64,000 nt of DNA. Origin: Anolis carolinensis (Eukaryota). Below are positions 37,417 to 50,500 of this stretch, one piece after another (position 1 is the first letter of the stretch; every line of letters begins with the position of its first letter). The translations under genes and the position numbers were made by a program. The notes under the pieces were generated by a model. It was not told the origin of the DNA, ran no database searches, and worked only from the letters and a program-made list of their open reading frames with translations. The stretch covers positions 48,540,024 through 48,604,023 of the forward strand of contig NC_085845.1 in NCBI RefSeq assembly GCF_035594765.1, given 5' to 3'.

Positions 37417-39056
37417 TTAGGGGAAGAGTGCTTCCAGGACCACCATCTAAGAAGCTAGCTCTGAGAACATTTTAATGAATGTACAGTGGTGTTGTTCTTT
37501 GATGTTTAGACTTTGCGCTAGCAGTTCTCCAGGAAGTATACTCATAGTTTTCCTAGAATGATTAAAATATTTTTGTGCTCTCAACAGCGCTTTGCAATCC
37601 CACCAAAGGAAAAAAGAAACCAGATGCCAGTGTTGGCCTAACAAGGCCAATTTTATTGTTACCTATTTAAAGTTTATTGGTGTGCAAGGCTAAATGGGAG
37701 GAGAAAAGTGGTTTGAGAGCGGTAGGATTGGTACGTCTACACCCAGGCCACACATACAGACATCTCCTGGGGTAAACACTTTAACCCTTGGGGGATCCCT
37801 GCAAGCCAGGGTTGCTCCCAGACCTGATACATAATCTGGAAGGCTGAACAAAGGATATAAGACCTCAAGCTATGTGATATCACCCCCCACCACCCAGCAA
37901 AGGCAAGGGCCTAAAGATCAGTTCCAAGGACAGCAAATTTATCACTATCCCCATGATACTCTGGAACAGTTCCAAATTTCCATCCTTCACCAATGTACCA
38001 GAAGATGCTGAATGACTCCTATCTCCAACAAAAACAGCAGGAAAAGGCTACAGTATTTAAAACACCTCTCCATGGCAATTTTTCAAGTCGTTCAAACTAA
38101 CAGATCAGAGTAGGCAGGGGGGGGAAAACATTAATAAGGAAGAAGCAAATCCTACTTAGTCTCAAAGTGACGAACTGTGGAAAGAGACAGGAGGATGGGC
38201 CAGCAAGATCCAAAGAGGAGGAGTAAGAGGCTGAGCTGCCCTTAATGGACTTCTAGCCACAGCACCTCGCTATATAATTCTGATACATGGTTCCAAGATG
38301 GCAAGCGCATAGGTTCCATCCTTCGGAGGCCAGCAAGACTACTCCCCCCCCCCATCCTAAGCCAAGTAAGGGAAACTGCATTAAACATAAAGTGAGAGAA
38401 GGGTAGTACATTTGCTCATACAAGGCAAAGAGCTATTGGTGTCTTACATCAGTATAACTCTACTTGATGTTATTGTTCTTGTTGTTGCTAACATTATTAT
38501 CTTTATTTCTATCCTGCCTTTCTCCCCATAGTTATGATATAAAAAGCTAATAGGTGATGGTAGCCAGAGGAAAAAGACAGCAGGCATGTGGTTACAAAGG
38601 GAGGAAAGCAATGGCGAGATAGGCTGTTCACAGCTCGTCAATTCTGTCAGTCTTTTCTTGCCAGCAATATGCGGCCCTAGAAACAGTGTGACTGCTAGCA
38701 TAGCGTACCAACAATACTAGACTCAATTACCATATGGGACTATATGCCATAAGAATTATATTTTTTATAAAGCAATGTTAAGGTCTCCTTGAGGGCAGAA
38801 AAAGCAACTGAACTAGTACTGGATCCTGAAAACTATATCATGTTACAGTGGTTGCCTAGCTTAGTAACCACAAAAAGTCAGAGAAAATGATGAGAGTAAA
38901 GTAGAATGTACAAGAGTATTATCTTACTAGTAACTTTCAAGGAAGATCTAGATAATGATGAATTAAGAAGTGTGTGCTGAAAGTACTGGGGCAAACAATT
39001 GTATCCCTGTGTTTTGCTCTAACACCATTAGGGTAGGAAAGCCCCCCCTTCTCTCA

Positions 39057-39347
<291 letters not shown>

Positions 39348-41763
39348 TTAATGCATTCCCCTAAAGTTACTTCTTGACATACTTGGGCAACAATTAAATA
39401 ATTACAAAGCTATAATTGCTTTACAGAAAAAAAATCACAAAGTTAAAAATGTTGCTCACAGTTTCTGCAGTCTGATATTTATGGTATTTGTGTGCTACTT
39501 AATGTAATGATACCTCTAAGCAGTTTGCATTAAAAACATATCTAATGTAATATAAAAGGTAATACATAACAATTTAAAACAGTTTAAAAGTAGTAATTAC
39601 AGCATATTGACAGTCAGTAGACTGTGAAACCACGATCATACAGTAGATAGGGTTTAATAACATAGCAGGATTTTACATGTTTCTCTGCAGCAGAGTTTGT
39701 CCTTGTATGAGAGAGAGAATGGGTTGGGAAGTGGAAGATGGGGACCTCCTTAAAGAAACAGTTGACACATTATTTAGCATGCCTGATTAAATCACACAGC
39801 AGAGCCTACCAGTCATAATGGTCAATAGGCAATTTACACCAAAGCTACTCAATGGGCAATTTACACTACTGCTTCCAATCTCCTACATTTCTATTTTCCA
39901 TTTTCCCCATATGTGCTACCAGTTAGCAAGGGACCAGATTGTAAGAACATAAAACAGCAGTAGTTTTGCCACTTTTGTGTAATAGAAACAGTGGTTTATA
40001 ACCAATTGTTGGTCCCCATTATTTGCTTATTCATTATTTTATAACTGGACAACCTAGACTTATGTACTGCACAGATTAAGTCCATTAAAGGTATTTTTCT
40101 GGGTCTATATCAGAAGGAACCTCTGGGGACCATGTGGACTACTTACTGAAAAATGAAACAACCCCCTGCCCACAAAAATTCACTAGTTCTCACCAATTGG
40201 TATTTTTAGTGTTCTATTCAACAATCATGCATCCTATTTAAAAGGCAAATTGTTGCTCCAAAAGATCTTTAGGAGCAAAAACTCATGTATTTTTTATGAT
40301 AAAGAAAAAGTTGATCCAGGGCTTCTGGAAATGCTGAGGGCCACCAAAAAACCCCTCATTTTGCCCACCCCAGTCTATGTAAAGGTAATGTACACCTTCT
40401 ACTTGCCAATCTATATTTGCAACCACATACACACAGCTAGAAAGAACATTTGACTATAATCTAAAGACTACAAGCCTATACATGGAAAAAGCAGCCACAA
40501 AACACATGGTGTGCATAGGAGACAATCTCATGTGCTTTAGACATCTAGTAATGTAGTTCATTCTATCTAGTTATCTAATGCAAAGTAAGTAGGCAGAATA
40601 AGGTCAATATCTGATGCAGCAAATATTAGGAGATGGGATAGAGACTGTTAAAAGAATTGGAGAATCGAGTTCTATGTGCCATGTGGCCTGATGACCTCTC
40701 AAACTATCCTGTTGTTGTAGAAGATGAAGGTCCATTGTGGCCACTGAGATAAGCTTCAATTGCCCTTCAGGTTGGTTTCTTTGTGTGGGATAAGGAAGAG
40801 GTCCTTTCCCTCTCCTCTGAAAGCACCAAAGATCTTGGTGCTAGTCCTGAGACTACTGCCTACTAAAATTTCCTCTTTATTTTTTTAAGGCAACTCTATT
40901 TTTTAATTTATATGAAACTGCTTATTTGTTTAAAACCATTTGGAAACTTCTGTATCTCCTGTGTTAAATGAACAGTATTGTCCATTCTGCAAGCTCAGTT
41001 AATCAGCATCTCAGATACTTTGCAGAACAGAAAGAAAATTGTCAAATAATACCAACAAGAAAAATTACCACCACCCCTCCCTAAAAATATAGACAATGTT
41101 CAGAATCAGGATGATAATTCAAACTTAAAACAGTAATTTGGTGATGGATCTTTTTATGAGAAATTGAATTGTCTTTTTGAAAAAACAGAAGAGGAAGGAT
41201 TTTTTTTAATAACTTAGAGATCTGAAGCATGATTTCCTTTTCAAAGATATGCCTAATTTCAATTGGGAAATGTACCCAGACCCTGAGAAAACACTCTGCA
41301 GTGTGCATACAGAAATGATTGGTTAGTTTCATTAACTGATGCCTGAAGAAACATTTAAATTGACACATAAAAAACAGCAATTGTCTTAATTTGTGTGGTG
41401 CACTCCACACAAAAGCCCTAAATATGTTCAAATTAGAGCAAGCTGCTTGATTGTCATTGCAGTCTCATGTCATGTTAATGCATGACAAACATTAAACCAT
41501 ACACTTAAATGGCAATTTATATCATTTAAATGTTTACTGCCTGAGCAACCCATCACTCATTTAAATGTGATTTTCTGACAGCTAATTTCAGTTAATTTTC
41601 CTCTATTCACTTAATTAGAACTTTCAATCAAGAAAAGGCCTATCCATATCTTCATGTTCTATCATTTTTTCATTTAAAAACTCAGTTAGTGAATTGCTGT
41701 ATGCATCCTTTATAATAGATGACTACACAGTATATCAAGGCACTCTTCTTTTCTGCCTAGCAA

Positions 41764-41765
<2 letters not shown>

Positions 41766-41833
<68 letters not shown>
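41766..41833 (+). repeat. (CT)n(AT)n microsatellite
   Basis: Direct reading. Confidence 0.95.
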
Positions 41834-41837
<4 letters not shown>

Positions 41838-42637
41838 GACTCTTCCAGATCATATAGCAACCATTTAACCCATTTCTATTTATGTAAGCAATGCTCTGGT
41901 TGGTACTCTAACATTTAAAAAAAAAACCTTCATAAACACCCTCACAATTAAAACTATAAAAAGCAGCCGATCCAATTAAATATTAATGATTTCAAAATTG
42001 TTTAATAAGTTAAAAACCATGAGAATCCTCCTGAGTGTTCCCATAGCACTCTACTTTGTGGCTATAAAATTCCATAATGCTCAGCCAATGACAATCATGT
42101 GGATTTATTTTGCCACTGTTTTCTTTCCAAAAACAATTTATTTTGCATCTACATCATCTAAAAGAAAAAAGCAGAAGAGGTATGAAAAGGGGAAGGTTTT
42201 TTTTAATGTTGAAAATACAAAACAAAGGCTTTGTTCTTGTCTAACATCTATACAGTACACCAAATTCTCATCGGAAATGTCATAAAGCCAATGAGTTTAA
42301 ATCACAAATTTAATCTCAATTTTAATAGTCATCTATGTTTAACAACCATCCATAAGAGAGGTATGGGGGAACCATGAAATCTTCAGCATTCATTCAGAAT
42401 TGTGTTGTTGTTTATTTCTTTTTCATCTTACAAAATTTGGATAACAAGGTACTTTGGGTATAAATTCCTATATATACTGCTATTAGAATTAAGTCCTATT
42501 GACCAGTGGGTCTTATTCAAAAGTCTATTAAGTGTACACAGGATTATGATTCCATATCTATAAATAAATATAGGAAAGTTATAGTCAAATAGCCATGACT
42601 TTTTTAACATATTTTTCATATGTCAAGATATTTTTGT

Positions 42638-42724
42638 CATAGAACCATAGAGTTGGAAGAGACCTTGTGGGCCATCCAGTCCAACCCCCTGCCAAGAAGC
42701 AGGAAAATCGCATTCAAAGCACCC
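42638..42724 (-). mobile_element. CR1 extreme 3'-end fragment
   Basis: Reverse complement of the CR1 3' UTR at ~11199-11285, including the tail repeat. Confidence 0.9.
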
Positions 42725-44039
42725 TTTTTCATCATTGCATTAAAAAGTGATAATTAATTTCCGGCATGTGAATGTGATAGCTAAATAAAGAATAACTAAC
42801 AATATTCAGAAGTGGGGGTGGACAATGTTTTTTAAAGCCACATTTGGGTAGAAATAATTCAGATTGTTTATATTTCATATTTAATTTGGTTAATCATTAT
42901 AAATACATCAATAAATTATTGTCTAAGTAGATTACAGGAATTTAAGGTGAAATTATTATCTTAAATTAATTAATAATCCAAGACTATAGAAGTGAGTTTA
43001 TTCTTCACGTTCAAGAAATCCAATTTTCTGAAACAAAAGAAAACAAGTACAGAACCCCTAACATTTCCTATTTCTCAAAGCTTCTGAGACTGACTGCTCA
43101 TTAAGGCTAAAGTTAAATACGATGTGCATCATGGGAATATGTACTAACGCCCTTCCCCCTTGCTGCTCTTAAACCTGGCCCAATCAATTGTTAGTGCTCT
43201 CACAGTAGACAGGTTACATCATTTACCCTTTCCATGTGCTCTGATAAAATTTTGTAAAAAAGAAAACCCACTAAAGCATCCAACACGGAACAACAATATT
43301 CAACTGCACTGAGTTATTGTAAAATAAATCAAAGACTAATGTCCAATTGTTAAGGATCAAATACAACCACGAGAGGACTGTCGTGGAAAGCAGCACACAA
43401 ATTGTCAATTTGGTCTTGTGGGACTCATATTAGCTTTGACAAACTGTCTTGGGGCTGATATCTATTTTTTTAATGAGATCTATTAGACTAGGACTAAAAC
43501 ACTTGAGATATACTAAAACGTACAATATACAGATGTCTAACACCAACATCTATTAGCAACTTTCATTTAGTCATTAACAAGGGGGCTGAAAGACTTCCCC
43601 AATCATCTTGAAACTGTAACTACGATGCTACAAAGGCAAACAAAAAATTCTGAGAGCTATGCATTTTTATCAGGCACTATTGCAATTTCTTCCCCAAATA
43701 TAATAAAACTGGTAAGGTATTTTAATAGCCTCAGGGCTCAGTCTTCTGTTCTAGAAGCAACTAAAAAGCACTGCTTATATATGAACAGATTGCTGTAAAC
43801 CTAAACAGTATTGTATGAATATGGTTCCATAAAGTTAACTGTGAACTTTGCTTAAAATTAAGCTTTAGCAGAATTAGAACTTTAACAGCACCAGAATCAG
43901 TTTGTTAGTTCTCTATTTGTGCATGAAATTTCAAGGAAGCTTGGCTTATTGTGTGTCAAGATAATCATAAAGAAAATATATATTTGTGAGTTTTAAAAAG
44001 ATTTATATGCAAAATATTTGCATATATTTGCATATAAAA

Positions 44040-44333
44040 AGTGATTTTGTATGAAGAAAAGTATTTACAATAGGACTGGTCAGTGAAAGATTTATGGATA
44101 TATGTAGCATAGGTTGTAATTGAGGAAAGTTAAAAACAGATAAGTATACTTAAGGTGTGCTTGATTCTTTTTTTTACTGTTGATTTCTATAAAATATGAT
44201 ATACTCTTTTGTCTAAGATATTGTAAAAAGGGTAAATGATGTATATACATTTTGATTGATAAATCTATAAAAAAAATTAAGTAGTGATTTTGTATGAACA
44301 AAAGTATTTACAATAGGACTGTTCAGTGAAAGA
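44040..44333 (+). repeat. 51-bp direct repeats flanking a 192-bp AT-rich insert
   Basis: 44040-44090 matches 44283-44333 with 2 mismatches. The insert ends in an A-run. Confidence 0.85.
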
Positions 44334-45342
44334 ATTTTAATTCCCACCTACCGTCTCCTTTCTGATGAATTAAACAAGCAGAAATAAAGCAAAAATATTG
44401 GCAAGTGATAATCTAATGACTGTGAATGGTGTCACAATCCATTAGATTAGCCTGTATGGCTCCCTGTATAAATTAGAGGATTTTTAACTGGCTCAAAATT
44501 GTAAGAAAAAACTAAACTACTTTAGTTCAGTTATAGAATTTTTTTTAAATGTAAAATTTTGATTTCTTAAAAATAGTTTATAACAATTTAAAGCCAAATA
44601 TTTGTGAAAAAACTTGAATAGGAAAAGAAAACCAAGCACTTTTGACCTACAATTATATCCTTTCATTTTCCATGTATGTTTTGCCTAAAGGCTACATAGG
44701 TTTTCACAATTACCTGATACTATAGCTAACAAACAATTTTTTTAAAAATCAAGCAGCCTGTTATGTTTGCATATGCTGGATTTGAAACACTAGCAGTAAT
44801 GTTTCCTTAACATTGATGTATGACCTTTCTAATTTACAATGATGAAGGCTGTTTTTTTCGGCCTAATTAGAACCATTTCAAACTTTCCTGTTAAATATAT
44901 GATAAAAAGTCCTTTCAACTTAAAGGGGGGGAAAAAAGAATCTGGAGTTTCTTTCTATGTCAGCTTTGTTCCAATCAAAATATACTTTGAATTAAATGAT
45001 TTTGATTGAATGGGTGGATCACATTCCCTTCTAAGATTTAAAGTCCAAACGGAAAAGTTTAGTCTGTTCAAACAAAGCAAAAGCAACCATTTTGCAGAAA
45101 GCTACTCACATTTACAAAGAGTGACAAATTGTTTGTGTGCACCATTGGGTCTAGGCTCTTCAATAGTTACCAGATTTCCTCTCTTCCAAATCAGAAATTA
45201 ACTCTTAACATACTGGCCTTGTTTTGATACAGCTCTAAAAGTAAATCCTCAGGAGAGATTTGTATCACAAAAAGACAATACAGAACATTAGCATCCTAGC
45301 TGTGATGATTCGCTTGTCCTAAAATACAGACAGTTCCATTCT

Positions 45343-46450
45343 GTGTTAGATGGGGTCACAGTCCCCCTAAAAACACTAGTTTATAGGTAAACCTGGATAC
45401 AATCCTCAGCTTGAGTGCCCAGATTTCAGTGGTGACCAGGAGTGCACTTACACAGTTAAAGCTAGTGCACCAACTATGCCATTTCCTGGAGACAGGGCTG
45501 TAGCGGGGGGAGGGGGGGAGTTAGTGGCTCAACCCCCCCCCCTCAAAATTTGTCAGGTTTTTTTTTTAAAAAAAAACAACAACCTAGTTTTAATCATGAA
45601 TTTTAACTGATTAACCAAATCCCCATGAGTGTCCATTGAAGTTTATCTGTCTTGAGTGTCCACTGAAGTTTATCGATGGAGCCTGATTTCTAAATTATTT
45701 TGCGTTATGGAACTAGTCTTCATGACTCGCTTTAAAAAAGTTTCAAAACACCCCCCCCCCCCCATTTTTTTCTGGCTTTCGCCCTGCCTGGAGATGCCAG
45801 ATCTAGGCACAGCAACAAGAGGCCTGGGTACATTGCATCTGGGTTACTGTAATGCTCTCTACATGGGACTTCCTTAGAAAAATGTTCAGAAACTTTGACT
45901 GATCCAAAACATGGCAGCCAGATTGCTAACTGGGACTGTCTACAGAGAGTATATATCCCTTCCTGCAATAGCTCAACTGGCTGCCAGTTCATTTGCAGGC
46001 ACAATTCAGAGTACTGGTACTATAAAACCCTATATGATTTGGCTCCAGGTTATTTGAAGGCCCATATCTTTTTTTATGAGCCCATTAGAGCTTTAAGAGC
46101 TTTTGGAGAGGCCCATCTCTCTGTTGCACCACTTTCTCAGGTTCACTTAGTGGATAAAATGGAGATGGCATCGTCGGTGGCTGCTCTCCATCTTTGCAAC
46201 TCGCTTCCTAAGGAGGCCAGGATGGTTTCCTCTTTGCCTTCCATACATCACCAACTGAAAACATTCTTGTGCCACCAAGCTTCTAGAAACTGAACAGGAT
46301 GGGCTTTTAATGATGTGTTGCACTGCATTCTGGTTTGAATAGTCATCAAATGGATTTTAATGTTTAATGCTGTCACTCTCTAAATTGTTTAACTGTTTTC
46401 TGTTTTTATTTGTAGTTTTTGTATAGTTTTTAACCTATATTATTTTAAAA
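45343..46450 (+). mobile_element. Decayed L2 LINE 3' portion, interrupted by a hAT MITE (boundaries approximate)
   Basis: Remnants L(D)YCNALYMGLP, YKTLYDLAPGYLK and SVAALHLCNSLP...LKTFL, followed by a T-rich 3' UTR. Confidence 0.8.
45493..45786. mobile_element. hAT MITE inserted in L2
   Basis: Termini CAGGGC / GCCCTG and a perfect 8-bp TSD CCTGGAGA (45485-45492, 45787-45794). Confidence 0.88.
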
Positions 46451-46599
46451 TATGTAGTTATAGTCCCATTGTTGGATTAAAAATGAATAAACAACAGCAA
46501 CTCTTGATTGGTTTCTTTGACTTTCAACATAGAAGCAAGAAAAGAATGAATTCTAGTCTGATGAGGGCCACTGTAAAAGCTAAAGTGGTATTCATCTTC

Positions 46600-47570
46600 T
46601 GTCACGACCCAGGTTGCAAAGGCACCAATAACCAAACACAGAGGCCAGAATCTAACTAATATCTTTATTGAAGGAATATATAAAGTTAATAAAAGCAAGT
46701 ATATGAAATAGTCCAAAAGCAGACCTTTCAGGAAAGGTCTAAATTAGTCCAAAAAAGCGATGTCCAATATGAAATATTAAGGTCCAAAGTTGTAATCCAA
46801 TAACCGAAACACTCACTTTGCCAGGCAAAGTGAGGGGAGATGACAAGTCCTTTAGTCCATAAACTTGAGCAAGGCTAGGAAATAACTTGATACTTGAACA
46901 AGGCTTAAAACGTGGAACAAGGTAACTAGGAACAAGAACAAGGTCCGTGGAATAACTTGGTAAAATCCGTGATACAAGGCAAGGATTGGTCCTGGGCAAC
47001 AAGGCGAAGTCCGTTGGTAAACAAGGCTGGGAAGCAAGGCGAAGGCTGGAAAGCAGGGCAAGGCTTGAGCAGGAGCGAGGCTTGAATCGGAGCGCGCTGT
47101 CCAGACACAACTCGCTCCGTAGGCTGACGAATTGACTCCGCGAAGTTACTACGCGGGTAAAACACCTAAATAGAGTCTAACTTTCCCGCCGAAGCAGTTC
47201 TCTGGGAATCAGAACCGAAAGCTAAACTCCGAGACCAGATGTGAGACTCCCCAAAGATTCTCACGAGAAGCAGTCTTAATTGGCCACATTCTTAGCTGCA
47301 ATCCTCGCACTCCTGCGCGAAGCTGATTCCAAACTTCTCTGTTGTTTACAAAACTCCCGGCGCAAGAACACGGGAGAAGTAGGCTCTGGGGTTGTTTGAC
47401 ATACTTCTGGGAGACAACTTTCTTGCAGGTGCAAGGTTTCCAGATCTGCCTGGGAAAGATCTGGCTGAGGGGAATCCAGTTCTGACTGGGAAGGTAAAAA
47501 ACCCAAGTTTTCCTCCTCATCAGGAATTACAATGTCCTGAGCAGGACTACAAGGCCCATGGGTCATCACA
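46600..47570 (-). repeat. 3' LTR (971 bp)
   Basis: Begins TGTGATG and ends GTGACA on the minus strand. AATAAA on the minus strand at 46669-46664. Confidence 0.97.
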
Positions 47571-50500
47571 CTATCCCCCTCCTCAAGGCCCCTCCCAAAC
47601 TGGGGCCCTCTCCCCGAGGCGCGAGGTCGCGGCTTGGCGGGATAGGTTTGATGAAAGCGGCGGGTTAGATCAGGAGCATGGACTGTGGAGGCGTCTTCCC
47701 AAGAGCGTTCCTCAGGGCCAAAACCCACCCAGTCAATGAGATATTGTAGGCGGCGGCGATGAAAGCGAGAATCCAAAATGTCCTCAACCTCGAACTCCTC
47801 CTCCCCATTCATCAAAACAGGAGGGGGGGCCGGTTGGTCTGTATCAGGACGCACACCATCCGCCGGAAGGAGCAGGGAACGGTGAAACACTGGGTGAATG
47901 CGCATTGAACGCGGAAGTTGGAGTTTGAAAGTCACGGGGTTTAATTGCGCCACCACTGGATAGGGGCCAATGAAACGGGCATCTAACTTCCGGCAAGGGC
48001 GGTGGGAGGGCAGAAAGCGAGTGGACAGAAAAACCCGTTCTCCTACCTTGATTTCAGGGCCCGGCTGGCGGTGTTTGTCAGCGTGGCGTTTATAGTCCTC
48101 CTTGGCTTGGTCCAGTTGCTGGAGCAAAAGTTGTTGCACCGCTGTGAGTTCCTGCAGCCAATCCTCTGCTGCGGGAACTTCTGAAGTTTCAATGACAGGG
48201 GGAAAGAAACGTGGATGGAAGCCGTAGTTTGCAAAGAACGGCGTTTCTTTTGTAGAAGCTTGAACTCCATTGTTGTAGGCAAACTCTGACAGTGGTAACA
48301 GAGAAGCCCAATTGTCCTGTTGGTAATTTACATAACAGCGAAGATACTGCTCTAAAGTGGCATTGGTGCGCTCCGTTTGCCCATCTGTTTGGGGATGATG
48401 AGCTGAAGATAAGCGAGAGTCTATGCCCAATAGTTTTTGTAGTGCCTTCCAAAAACGAGAGGTGAATTGAGATCCACGGTCTGTGACTAAACTCTTGGGC
48501 AATCCATGTAGTCTGAAAACATGTTGAAGGAATAGATCTGCGGTCTCTTTGGCCGTGGGGAGGCCTTCGCAGGGAATGAAATGGGCTAACTTGGTGAAAA
48601 GGTCCACCACCACTAAGATCGTGGTGAATCCACAGGAAGGTGGTAGGTCAGTGATGAAATCCGCAGAAATTATTTCCCATGGGCGAGATGGGGTAGGAAG
48701 GGGGTGTAAAAGCCCTGAGGGCTTCTCCCTTCTTATCTTGGAGCGCTGACATACTGGGCAGGTGTTGACATATTTTTCCACATCCTTGCGGATCTTGGGC
48801 CACCAAAAATCCCTTAGGATCAGATGCATGGTTTTAAATAGTCCGAAGTGTCCTGCTGGTTTGCAGTCATGACACAGACGAAGCGCTTTTTCCCTGCCCG
48901 GTCCGGGTGGGATATAAACATGATTTCTATAGCAAAGCAGCCCATCTTTAAGCGAAAAGGGAAAATGCAGACCTTGGCGAAGTTGGTCCTGCGCCCAGGC
49001 ATCTGCTTGCTGACTAGCCCTGATTTCTTGAGCACAGATGGGTCCTGGAGTAGAGGAAGTTGAACCAATGGAAATGGATTTGGTGTTCCCCACTGTTAGC
49101 GTGGCAAAGTTCTCGGGTTGTAATAGTTGGGATTCAAAGGTCTCCTTACGTCCTGCAGCGTATTCCGGTTTACGTGACAGGGCGTCTGCTTGCTTGGTCT
49201 GGGCTGGGGTCACGTAATGAATCTGGAAGTTGAAACGTTCGAAGAATAAAGCCCAACGTTGCTGCCTCTGATTCAGTTTGCGGGCAGTTCTTAGATGTTC
49301 TAGATTACGATGATCAGTATGGACTTCAATGGGAAATTTGGCCCCTTCTAGCCAATGTCTCCAAGTTTCAAAGGCTGCCTTTATGGCCAGTAGTTCTTTT
49401 TCCCAAATGGTGTAATTCCTCTCTGGTGTGGTTAGTTGACGAGAGTAAAAGGCACAGGGATGGAGGTGATCTCCCACCGGTTGTAAGAGTACAGCCCCAA
49501 TTGCCACATCGGAGGCGTCCGCTTGCACAACAAAAGGGGTTCCAGGATTTGGGTGCTGTAGAATTGGCTGGGAGGTGAATAGTTTCTTTAGTTGCTGGAA
49601 CCCTTTCTCTGCTTGATCAGTCCAGCGGAAAGGCTGCTTTCCACGGATGCAGCTAGTGATGGGGTCGGACCAGCGGGCAAAATCTGGAATGAACTTGCGG
49701 TAATAGTTCGCGAACCCCAAGAAACGCTGCACCTCTTTCTTGTTAGTTGGCGCCCGCCATTCCAATACTGCTGAAACCTTGGCTGGATCCATGGAAAGCC
49801 CTAGAGGCGAGATGCGGTAACCAAGGAAATCTACCTCTTGTAGATCAAAGGCGCATTTTTCCAGCTTGGCATAAAGTCCATGATCCCGCAGTCGTTGTAA
49901 CACCATTTTGACGTGGTTCTCATGTTCTGATTGTGATCTAGAAAACACCAAAAAATCGTCCAGGTAGATTATCAAGAACCTGTCTAGATAGTCCTGAAAA
50001 ATGTCATTGACAAAATGCTGGAACGTTGCGGGAGCTCCGCATAAACCGAAATTCATAACTCGGGACTCGAATAATCCGAATTTGGTCTGGAAGGCGGTCT
50101 TCCACTCGTCCCCTTCCCTGATGCGAACTAAGTTGTAAGCCCCCCGAAGATCCAGCTTGGTGTAAACCTTGGCTCCTCGAAGCCGATCCAGTAGATCCGA
50201 GATTAAGGGCAGGGGATAGCTGTTCCGCTTGGTGATATTGTTCAATGCTCTGTAGTCCACCACCAAGCGTAGTTCCCCTGACTTCTTCTTCACAAACATC
50301 ACTGGGGAGGCGGCTGGGGATTGAGAGGGTCTGATGAATCCCTTGCGAAGGTTTGTCTCTATGAATTCCCTGAGAGCTTCTTGCTCTGGTTCGGTCAGGG
50401 AGTAGAGATGCCCTCGCGGGATCGGGGCCCCCTCCACCAAGTCAATGGCACAGTCATAAGGTCTATGTGGGGGTAATTTTTCGGCTTCTTTCTCATTGAA

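Noticed and set aside
37690-38390. Moderately GC-rich block that might be a solo LTR or LINE 5' region
   Set aside because: No terminal repeats, TSD or coding motif that I could establish.
46739-47520. Short ORFs inside the LTR (123, 69, 79 and 103 aa), duplicated at 52185-52966
   Set aside because: No recognisable domain and no env-like features. Their duplication simply reflects LTR identity.
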